A stretch of 64,000 nt of DNA, from NCBI GenBank assembly GCA_001938485.1, contig MQRK01221289.1, positions 1 through 64,000 of the forward strand. Direction: 5' to 3'. Numbering within the stretch: the stretch's first letter is position 1; each line of letters starts with the position of its first letter. Origin of the DNA: Girardia tigrina. Its lineage: Eukaryota. The notes beneath the pieces were generated by a model, which searched no databases, had not been told where the DNA came from, and saw only the letters and a program-made list of their open reading frames with translations. Made by a program: the position numbers and the translations under genes. Of the stretch, positions 1-9,910 are shown piece after piece.

Positions 1-36
<36 letters not shown>
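1..36. repeat. (AT)n microsatellite
   Basis: Direct reading of the sequence. Confidence 0.95.
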
Positions 37-42
<6 letters not shown>

Positions 43-106
43 GAGTCTTGTGAACGTAAGTTTAATATTTTGAAAATAAAATTTGATTAAAGCTTTTTAT
101 ATAATT

Positions 107-148
107 ATTGGACATGTTTCGATGTTTATATACATCATCATCATCAAT
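107..148 (-). ncRNA. Minimal type I hammerhead motif in pLTR (core variant AUGAUGA)
   Basis: Minus strand AUUG-AUGAUGAU-GAUGU-auauaa-ACAUC-GAAA-CAUG-UC-CAAU; partner of 4519-4560. Confidence 0.6.
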
Positions 149-518
149 TTTAATACAATTTTAACAGATACATTAACTTTAAAAGGTATATTACGAATTA
201 AATATTATCATTTATTAAGGTATTATTGAATAATTATGGCAAAAATATTTTAATTAAAAATTTTAAGTATAGAAATAACTTTAGTTTGTCCATTCTGAAT
301 GTTAATTGAGGGTTTTTAGTGTTTTATTAGTAGAGATTCACAAAACTGTCGTTCGTAATGTGAATCAAATCCCTTTTGTAGAACAGAAAACTCATCTTTT
401 GAAATGGATGAGGTTCTATCCTTACAACATAACCAATGATCAAGAGCCTTACTTGATCGACTCATTTGCGAGTGCTCGCTAATCCGGGTTTTGAGATGAC
501 GATTTGTCTCTCCTATGT

Positions 519-3500
519 GGGCCTCCCCCATCTCTGTAATGGTATTGAGCCTAAGGGCTCTTTGGATGGTCCACCCAAACTAAAGTCCTTAAGGGCCCCC
601 GATAGGCCTCCTACGGGGTCAGTGGCCTTCCGCCTCTGAGCAGTCGGCTTGCCAGTAACGAACGACCAACCATGGAACTTGGTACCATGGCCGTACATGC
701 CGTTGGCTGTTACGGTGGACGCGTAACAACCGCGAAATGGACACTTGAATTGTCCTCTTGCAGTCTTGTAATCGGCTGGCAGTCGGTATTGTAGGTGCGT
801 CTCTTCGGAATCGTCGTTCGGCTGTATTCTCGGCATACTCACAGTTGCGTCTCGCAACTGAGGATTGGATTGGTTTGATGTCGGCTCTTCCTCGTTCTCT
901 TCTTCCAAGTTTTCTTCTCTCTGGGCGTTGGATGTTGGCGTTTCTTGATGATTCTTCTGAATATGAATCCTTAGAAAACCAGTGGCCTTGTATTCCCCCG
1001 GACAGTGTTGACATTGATATTTTCCTTTCTTCTGACGTGGCTGGGCTTTCTTCTCTCTCTTCTTCCGCGGGATTGGCTCTGCTCCTTCGTGATCTTTTCT
1101 GAGATGCCTATTTAACTCCTTCACTTACGCATATTGTTTGCAACAGGCACCCATCGGGCAGCTGTGTTCTTTCAGTCGAGGTAGCACCAGTCTTATTGTT
1201 TGCTCGTCCCCGCTTCTTTGAATTCTCTTCAGTCGGAATACTTTCTCGATCTTTCCATCTATCTTCAGTAAGTTTTCCTGCAGAACGTTTCTTTTAAATT
1301 CACCGAAACTGTACTCGGCTCCAAAGAGCCAGTGAGCATCCACTCTGAGACATTCTACCAGATGTTGCTTTCTCCGACTGCTGATCTTCTTTCCTCCGAT
1401 GAGTTCGCATCCACTNATCTGCTTGACGTTCTCCGGGCATTCTCCTAAATCGACCTTGGTATTGTGTACGATTCTTCTCCGCGCGATGATATCCATTGGG
1501 CTTTGCAGTCCAATTGATATCTCATCCATCCTGATCCTTTCGGCTTTCAAAATCCCCAAAGTTCGCCGAGTACATAGATTGTGAAATACTTTTAGCTTTT
1601 TCACGTGTACTTCATTTGTCCTCCAATTTTCACAGCTGTAGTAAACCACCGGGAATACACAGCTGCTAATTATGTTCTTCTTAGAGACAATTTTTTCTTC
1701 TGGAGAGACAATTGGTTGTTTTTCAATACTGGTGTGATCGTCCGTAATTTCGCTGCTCCTTTCTGAATTCTGGCTTTGATGTCCGCACCTGAGCTTCCTC
1801 CACTTTCAATTATCGATCCCAGGTAGCAGAAGTCGTCCACCCATTCTATTCCGGCATTCAGCTCGTCTCTTTCCGTAATGTGCTTTGCTCCATTGAGATT
1901 CAGGATCTTTGTTTTCCCAATGTTGATTTTAAGCCCCACATTCAAGAACACAGTGTCGAGATACGTGAGATTCCGTTCGATATTTCCATAGTCTTCGTCC
2001 AGTAAGCACAGGTCATATGCATAAGCAAGTCTGTTCACGGTCAGCTCTTCCCCATTATATTTTAGTTTCACACCACCTGATAGTCCTTCTTTGATCGCGG
2101 TCTTAATTGCATGATCAAAAACAAGATTGAATAGTAGAGGACCCAATACGCAACCCTGACGGACTCCTTTGTCCATACTGAATTTATCCTTTCCAATGCT
2201 TCCCGTGAAACCTTCATAAAATTTCATGATGATACTTAGCATCCGATCCTGTATTCCAATTCCTTGAAGGCAATCTCAGAGAACTTTCCTGGGTACGCTG
2301 TCAAATGCCTTTTCAAGGTCGATAAAAATAGCAAATACGTTTATGTTCCGGTATCTGGCCTCTTCTTGTATCTTTCGTAAGATACCAATCGCGTACGCTG
2401 TGCTTTTGTTTGGTCTGAAACCAAATTGCCAGTCGTCCAGTATCCTTTCGAGATGTGGCAATAATCTATTTGCAATGATTCGGGCCATGATCTTTCCTCC
2501 TACATCAAGTAGGAATATGCCTCTATAATTATTCGATTCCTTCTTGGAACCCTTTCCTTTGTATAGGATCACCACTTTCACCGTTTTCCAAGCCTCTGGG
2601 AATTCTGCTCTTTCCTCCCATATGTCCACGAAACATTGCTGTATCTTCTCAGTCAACTAGACACCGCCCCATTTATATAGTTCTGGAATGATACCATTGT
2701 TTCCAGCAGCTGTACCGTCCTTTAGTTGTCCAAAAGTGATACCTACTTCTTCTACGTCCAGTGAGTGGTCTATTTCGAGTGCTTGACTCTGTTCGATTTC
2801 CACGAGATAGTCTCTTTCGCTTTTTCAGAATAGATGTGAGAAGTGCTCTGCTAACACTTCGTCCTTCACACTGCTTTGTACAGTACAGAGAGAGGATTCC
2901 TTCGTTTCACTATTGCAGAGGACTCTGAGCTCCGTGTATAACTCAGAAGTCTTGCCCATACATTCTTTATTGAGAATTCCTTCTAGTTCTTGTCCAATTC
3001 CCTCAGTCCTCTCTCATTTCCATTTCCTGAGATGCCACAAGGTGTTCAGTCTTGCAGCCTTCCACGTCGAATATGTTCTTTCACATCTATTCTAAATGTA
3101 TGCTTTCCTTCGCTTCCATTTCTCCTGCAGTAGGGGTTTCAGCTCTTCTAGGTGTCCGTGTAGTCACCTCTGATAAAGCGCGACTTTTTTCTTTCTGTAT
3201 CTTTCTGAGGTCTTCAAAATGACCTTCTCCACATCATTCCAGGTCTCGACATTCGGACAAGCCTGTCCTATGTCACTACTGATGGCCACTTTGTTGTTCT
3301 CCAAGGAGAATCTGTCAATTTTTCTTTTTCTTTTCTTTCTTCTATCATTCGCCAACTTGAGTACCTTATTGTTGTTGGTGATCCATATCGTTAACACGAC
3401 TAAGTCGTGCACAGAGCCGCAGTCAAAATTCGGGTAGCTTTTGACATTGCTTATCCTGTTGCATCTGCTCTTTTGCGACAGGAATAAGTCCAGTAGTAGT

Positions 3501-4376
3501 CTTTTTCTCGTTGCCGGGTGTGTCCAGCTAGTTCTCTGCACCAACTTATGTTTGTAGAAATTGTTCTCTACTCGTAAGTTGCACGCGTCAGCAAGATCTA
3601 TTAAAAGATCTCCGTTTTCTGATGTTACTGTTGAACTAGTGTAACACCCGACAGTCTTTCCGTTTTCCTCCGTCCGATTAAGTCGACAGTTGAAGTCGCC
3701 TCCAACTATCTGTTCGTGTTTCCTCTTTTCAGCCTTAGTCGTCGCCCTTTGGACATGTTCTTGCAGTAATGCGAAGAACTCTTCCTTTTCCTCACTTGAG
3801 TGTCCGCTGTCAGTCGGAACGTATACCCCCACCATTGTGATCGACCTTTTGAGTATATGATAGAGGAACACTCTCTCACTGATCGCTTCGAATGCGATGT
3901 TCAATGAATCCCCAGATTTTACAATCATGGCTACGCATTTTTCCCTTATGCTACTCGTACTGCCACTATGATGGATCCTCCAATCCCCGAAAGATGCAAT
4001 GTCGGTTCCGATCCAGTGCGTCTCTGTGAGTATACACATATCAATTTTCAGTTTTTCGAAGATACTGACAAGGTTTAGTATCTTTTCATCGGTTAAGCCT
4101 CGAACATTCCAAGTTCCAACCCTCAGTCCACTGCAAGTGGAATCCTTAACGAGGTATCCCCCTCTCGGGAGCTTAATGACTTCGGGTCCTTCGACACCCC
4201 TTGTTTGAGTTTTAGAAGCTATGTCTTAGCGAAGGATAAGATTGCTAGCCCGTCGATCAGTCCACTCATTTAGCCTAGATCAAGGACCTTTCTATTTCTA
4301 GAAAGGGAGGAGACCCTCTTTCTAGTTCCCAGGATACACCATGGGGAGGCGAGCGACATTGTATCCCGTACATATC
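519..4376 (-). mobile_element. Full-length RTE-like non-LTR retrotransposon (APE endonuclease + RT + three C-terminal C2H2 fingers), degenerate
   Basis: APE motifs GTWNVRG, ILTETHW, VYVPT, GGDFN. RT motifs [41 protein letters not shown] (YADD mutated), FCYLGSII. Several stops and frameshifts. Exact 12-bp TSD TCTCTCCTATGT at 507-518 and 4377-4388. Confidence 0.93.
4260..4367 (-). ncRNA. HDV-like self-cleaving ribozyme at the LINE 5' end
   Basis: Minus-strand RNA: P1 GGGAUAC/GUAUCCU (G1-U wobble), P2 GUCGCUC/GAGUGGAC (one bulge), P3 GCC/GGU, L3 UCCCCAU, P1.1 CC/GG, P4 CUAGA...UCUAG enclosing CCUUUCUA-GAAA-UAGAAAGG, J4/2 GCUAAAU with the catalytic-position C at 4273. Confidence 0.9.
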
Positions 4377-4518
4377 TCTCTCCTATGTACGAGTTTTGAC
4401 AACCGTGACAATTAAATTTATATACCATATTAGCTTGCAAACCACAAACTGTTTTCGATTTGTTTGAGAGGAAACTTTGAACTTTGAAAGTTAATATATC
4501 TATTAAAATTGTATTAAA

Positions 4519-4560
4519 ATTGCTGATAATGATGTCTATAAACATCGAAACATGTCCAAT
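4519..4560 (+). ncRNA. Minimal type I hammerhead motif in pLTR (core variant CUGAUAA)
   Basis: AUUG-CUGAUAAU-GAUGU-cuauaa-ACAUC-GAAA-CAUG-UC-CAAU: stem I AUUG/CAAU, stem II GAUGU/ACAUC, palindromic CAUG loop III. Confidence 0.65.
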
Positions 4561-4732
4561 AATTATATAAAAAAAGCTTTAATCAAATCATATTTTCCTT
4601 TTAATATTAAAATTAAATTTACCTTCTGTTTTTACTTTTATAAATAATTGTTTTTAAAAGAAAAAATATTTAAGAAACGAAAATTTATTTAAAAACGAAA
4701 CCGAACAACAGGGTTTCATTTAATCCTTTTAA

Positions 4733-4803
4733 CCATTTGAACGCGTTAAACATTATTAAACATTAAATCCGGGCGATTATAGTCGATTTACGCGTTCAAA
4801 GGG
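4733..4803. mobile_element. 71-bp piggyBac-type MITE
   Basis: TTAA on both sides (4729-4732, 4804-4807). Termini CCATTTGAACGCGT and ACGCGTTCAAAGGG. Confidence 0.75.
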
Positions 4804-5668
4804 TTAAAATTTAATTTAATCCCTTTAAATTTATAATTTTGACAATTTTATGGTAAATTTCATTGTGAAACTTTATCTGTGTATTGTTTTTTGAATAAAT
4901 TCTATTTTATTTTTCGTTTTACTTTTACAAATGCAGTTTTTTCCATGTGCGCTTTTTTACCTATGAGGTACTTTCCGTGAGCGCTTTTATCCGTGAACCG
5001 TATTTAAGTATGATCTGATCTAATATTGCGCATTCATTTTAAATATGTTATTTTTTAAAAAAAATTCTGGAATTATAATTTATAAATTATTTATTGCATG
5101 TCTTTTAAATATAAAAAATAAGTAAGTTGTTGGTTTTCATGGATACGTATTTGTGTGAATGTTTATTGTTTCTATCTTTTCCAAAAAAAGTGTAAAGAAC
5201 CATAATACAGTGCAAACACTCTCAATTTTGATTGATAAATTTTTCTTGTATGTTAGTATTTCTTACTAAAATAAATTTAAGAACCGCCTAAACTGTTAAC
5301 AATGTAACCGAAATTCGAAGCCTAAGCGTGGCCACGCTTTGAAAGCTCGCATCCGAAGCCGTATGAGAGGATCATAATACTTTGTATTAGTCGAATGGTT
5401 TCTAGCCAATACAGAGTCTATGATTTACTACCATATGTGCCAATGCTGAGTATTATTTTTAATACACAGTTATCTGACTCAGTTTGGAGAGGCTTATATA
5501 CATGGTGTTAACAATTTTCAAGTTCAATAATTTTTCATGAATTCCCAAATCCTAATACGATATAGAGAATAAGTGGTGTTAACTTTGAAAGAAAGTATAG
5601 CATAAATTAATATTTAGGGAAAAAAAGCAAAAGAAATTATTCTTAAAAAATCTAACAATATAAATATG

Positions 5669-7507
5669 TCAGTCAAAGAAATTCACAGTCAAACCCGGCG
5701 TTACCTGAACTGCACTTTTCCCGCTTGATTTTTTTGAAAGTTTTTTCAACAGATGTTTAAATGTCGGGAATACTGGTTTTGGTGTTGATATAAAAAATTC
5801 TCTGATTGTGTCGGGAACTTTAAATAAAAATACGTTATGTCGATTAAAATCTTTTGTCTTAAAGCATTCCATGTTTTCTAATAGTTCCAATTCAATATGT
5901 TTTACAACTCGCTTTCTCGTGAATTTATAAATTATTTTTTCTTTTACGTAATTTTCTGATCTGATTTTCCGCGGACGAAAAATAGATGCAAGAAACTCCA
6001 TTAATTCTCTGTAAGCCGATCCACCTGCATTTATTAGTCCTTGGTAAATGTAAGACTGATAAAACTTTTGCCGGCCGACCAAATGAACCAGAAATTCTTC
6101 ATGACTCGAATGAGGAATTTCCGATAAAGTATCACCATCTATCAAATCAGGATCAAATATATCAAAACCTCGAAAAAGAAGATTTATCGAAACTATACCA
6201 GCCGACCATGTGTCAGTGAGAAATGTCGGTTTAAACGTTTCTTCGTCAAAATTAATGCCCGGCGCATCAAAAAGCTTTCTATTTTTCTTTATTTCATCAA
6301 AAAGTGGATGGGCTTCCCAATCCATTTGCAAAAGATTGACTTCAAAATCTTTGTAATACTGCGTTCCTTCAACATTAGCTTTATAATTACTACTTTCTAC
6401 TTTATCGAGATCACTGTGTCGCACGAGTAACTTGTTCGTTTTTCTATGAATCGTTCTTGTCCGATAAACTAACCCAAAATCTCCAATTTTCAAATGTAAA
6501 GTCTCAGAAATCATCAAATTATCGGGTTTAATGTCCTGGTGAATGATGTTTGATTGGACAAGAAAGTCCAGCCCACAAAAAATTTCAAAGATATACATCA
6601 ACGACACATTTAAAACATTAACTTCTCCATCAAGATTTTGAATGAGTTCAAATTCGTTTTTTTCGAGTCTTCTAGAGATATCTGAATAATCTTCGACAGT
6701 AATGTTGGAAATATAGGAATACAATTCTCCGATACAATATTCGAAAAATAGAAACAAACCACCGACATAACTCAGTTGCAATGAATGATAGAATTTCACA
6801 ACAAATGGACTACTCATCGCTCTAATGACAGAATCCCGCTCGGTTATGTAATTTAAAATCTGTTTACAATGGTCTAAAAAATCTTCCGATTGGGCAGAAA
6901 TATATTTGATTGCGTATACCTTTAACGTTTTAGGATCTTTTCCACGATAAACCTTTCCATACGCTCCTTTTCCAAGTAATGTAATGTCTTCGAATTTCTC
7001 GAAATATGATGAGCTCAAATCTTGTCTGTTGTATTTGAGAATATTCTTCATTTGATTATTATCCTTTTTTGTGCTATTTAACAGAAGAAGAGTGTTATCA
7101 TAAAAGAACTGTTCACTCATATTGACCACCCAAACGACAATATCGATGTACGAATCGGAAACTTCTAATGCCGTTTTCAAATTACCTTCGGATATTTTCA
7201 GAGGATTTACTGTGGTTTCGGTGGTCGGAGAATACGCAGCAAACGTGCTCGACCATGCGGAACCTATACTGTTTCTTGATAAACTTTGAAAGTCGTCGAA
7301 TCGCGCTTTTTTATTGCAAGGTGATAATAATGCATTTTTGTTACTGCGAGGCGAAAATACTTTCATTTTATCAATTAATAATTCGGTTATTTCATTTTCT
7401 ATGTTGGTTTCTATAGACGGGGGTAAGTTGATTTCCGAGTGTCCATTTAAATTACTGAAAATTATATTTTCCGGTAATTTTGGAGGCAGAAAATTATCAA
7501 GATTCAT
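5669..7507 (-). CDS. Intronless divergent Ser/Thr protein kinase (612 aa, non-RD)
   Basis: Uninterrupted ORF with LGKGAYGKVY, YAIK, HQDIKPDN, DFG, GTQYY and DTWSAG motifs. Confidence 0.88.
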   Translation of the reverse strand: MNLDNFLPPKLPENIIFSNLNGHSEINLPPSIETNIENEITELLIDKMKVFSPRSNKNALLSPCNKKARFDDFQSLSRNSIGSAWSSTFAAYSPTTETTVNPLKISEGNLKTALEVSDSYIDIVVWVVNMSEQFFYDNTLLLLNSTKKDNNQMKNILKYNRQDLSSSYFEKFEDITLLGKGAYGKVYRGKDPKTLKVYAIKYISAQSEDFLDHCKQILNYITERDSVIRAMSSPFVVKFYHSLQLSYVGGLFLFFEYCIGELYSYISNITVEDYSDISRRLEKNEFELIQNLDGEVNVLNVSLMYIFEIFCGLDFLVQSNIIHQDIKPDNLMISETLHLKIGDFGLVYRTRTIHRKTNKLLVRHSDLDKVESSNYKANVEGTQYYKDFEVNLLQMDWEAHPLFDEIKKNRKLFDAPGINFDEETFKPTFLTDTWSAGIVSINLLFRGFDIFDPDLIDGDTLSEIPHSSHEEFLVHLVGRQKFYQSYIYQGLINAGGSAYRELMEFLASIFRPRKIRSENYVKEKIIYKFTRKRVVKHIELELLENMECFKTKDFNRHNVFLFKVPDTIREFFISTPKPVFPTFKHLLKKLSKKSSGKSAVQVTPGLTVNFFD

Positions 7508-7824
7508 AATTTATCGATTTAATTATTAAATATGTAATCGATTGATGTAATTAATGAAATAAGAAATGTTTAAATTATTTGCTTTATATTGTACTAAAAA
7601 AAAATTTTGGTTCCCAAGTAATTGAGTAATGGGACAATTGCGTAAAATTTAATATTATTATAATATATACTCAATATCAATTGTTGCTTACAACATACAG
7701 ATAATTGTTAGTAAATTGTATTTTTTAAATTTTTTATAATGTAGCTGTAGTTTTTAAAACTCATTTGGAGTATTCAAAAACTCAAAAGAATATATTGTGA
7801 ATAAAATGAAATCTAACTCTTACA

Positions 7825-8865
7825 GATGGATGTTCTGACAACATTTTTCTGAAAAGCACTATGCATTCATGAGAGTGAGAAATGGTGAGCTTCTTGATGA
7901 GTCAACTGGCTATTTTCATAGATTATGTCCCAAAAAGGTATGGTTAATATTGCCATATCCAAAATGAAGGAACTAATGGGTGGAATTGGTACCAATCCAG
8001 GGAATTGAATTGCCACTGTGCTTTCAGATATGAACCTGAGCATGTTGTCCTTGCAAACATACGAAAACAAACGTCCATAAAAAGAACTTTAAACAGAGTA
8101 AAAGCAGCAAATCACACACTCATGCCTCCACACTCGGGTTTTCAATACCATAGAAGTATCAAGTTATGATACTTCATTATTCTGGATAAGACGATCCAGA
8201 CAGAATATTGGTAATTGACGAGAGAAAGCTTCTGACAGAGCTAAACAAACACACAATATTTGTGGATGGTACTTTTAACAAAACAACATATATGTCCTTT
8301 CAGTTGTTACATGTAAAAGTTGGAAATTCATACAAACCTTTCATTTATTTTCTTCTTCTGAGAAAAAAATCAAGAGACATAAGTTTGGAAGCAGGTCTTT
8401 CAGTATAATAAGCATGTTTCTATGTCTCTTCAGAAACTCCTCATTGACTTTGAAAGAGCTTTTAAATTAACAGCACAAGAAGCATTTCCAACTACTTAAG
8501 TGAAATGATGTTACTTTCACCTGGGGAAAAGTCTTGTAAGGAAGATTGGATCAGTTGGAATGAAAACATATTTTGATTCTGATCATGATGTCAAAGTCAG
8601 AATCAAATCACTGACTGATCTTACATTTGTTCCACCAAATGATGCTGTCCATTTCTACAGACAACTTATGCTAAAGTTTCCTGATGAAGATGGTTACAAT
8701 GATATCCTCAGCTACTTTCTACCATCTCCATTGATGGTTCAGGTGGAAGAAATCCTTTATTTCCAATTGCATTTTTTAACCACTTTGATGCTGCAGCAGA
8801 TGGTTCACCAAAAACAACTAACTGCTGTGAGGGCTTTCATAATGCTCTTAATGTAATCTTCAACT
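7825..8865 (+). mobile_element. Degenerate MULE/Mutator transposase
   Basis: IFVDGTFNK, KPFIYFLL, IDFE, xYFHLG and EGFHN-like motifs spread across frames with stops. Confidence 0.8.
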
Positions 8866-8869
8866 GCTT

Positions 8870-9910
8870 TGAGGTTCTAGATATTCGTAGTGGACAAATA
8901 AGACATCTTCGTTTTTTTAGTTGAGGTTTCGATTTTTCGCTCAACGTAGGGCTATTGTTGTTTTCATTGCGAAGTAGCTCTTTGAAGAAGGATTGCTACT
9001 CATTCCTAAGGCTTCCGGGAGAGTTTACATGCAGTTTGTAAATTTTCCCAAATTACGTATGTAGCGATTCCTAAAATATCGATTCTTTATTGGTAAAACA
9101 CTATGGATCATCTATTTTTCTTTCGTCAGACTGTATAATTATGTTCCCTTTGGTCCAGCGTGCCAACTCCACCTTTAGTTTTATTGTAGAACAAATTAAT
9201 TTCAGACTACTTTTCGTTATTTTCATTCATTGTATTTGTATTATATTTTTTGATAATAAAATAATAGTACGATTATTTTTTGGAACATGTTATACCATAG
9301 TAATATGTTTCCAAAAACCAGAACAGTTTTATAGTTGTAAGTGGTTATTTTGAAGCAAGAAATTGTTGGGTATAGAGTGTTTGTTTTTTCGCAATGTATC
9401 AATAGTTGTCACCCATGTGACTAAAAATTATTCTAGCGTAAAAAATTGTCGAATGCTATGTTTTGCCTTGTCCCAAAATAAGGTTCACATGGCTTTTCTG
9501 AAACATTTTGAGTCAAGTTTTGGAATCTAAGTAAGTCTTCTTTACCTAAATAAGATATTCCATGAAGAGGATAGTTGGTATTATTATTACAGATCCACAA
9601 CATTTTCAAACCGTATTTATCTGGTTCGCTTGAAATTTATGGTTTGAATGATAAATTACCTCAACATGGGACAAACTGTTCATCGATTGTTAGATTTGAA
9701 CATGACATGTAATGCTTCTTCAAATTTTGTTATTATTTTCTCATGCATTCAGAATTGGAGCTAGTTTCTCTCTAGCTCTTCTTTCGGATCTGGTTTCCCT
9801 GTCGTCAAATATTAAAAAACGAAGAATTAGTTTAAGTCGGTTTTTGCACATTGTTGCTCGAAATATTGAGCTTCCAAAAGGAGGGTGCCAACATGCAGTT
9901 CTTTTGACAG
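8870..9910 (-). mobile_element. Degenerate piggyBac transposase
   Basis: Minus-strand translations IFRATMCKNRLKLILRFLIFDD, TIDEQ, KYGLK, FDNFFT, YNKTKGGVGTLDQ and C-terminal KRRCLICP. Confidence 0.8.

Larger units (their letters stand above)
81..4588 (-). mobile_element. Penelope-like element (PLE) remnant with GIY-YIG endonuclease and inverted pLTR ends, split by a LINE insertion
   Basis: Removing the LINE and one TSD copy rejoins NMVYKFNCHGCQNSYIGE (4430-4377) to TNRHLKTRISEH...ERQFCESLLIKH (506-316), a PLE-type GIY-YIG domain. Segments 81-186 and 4481-4588 are imperfect inverted repeats that each contain a hammerhead-like motif. Confidence 0.85.
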
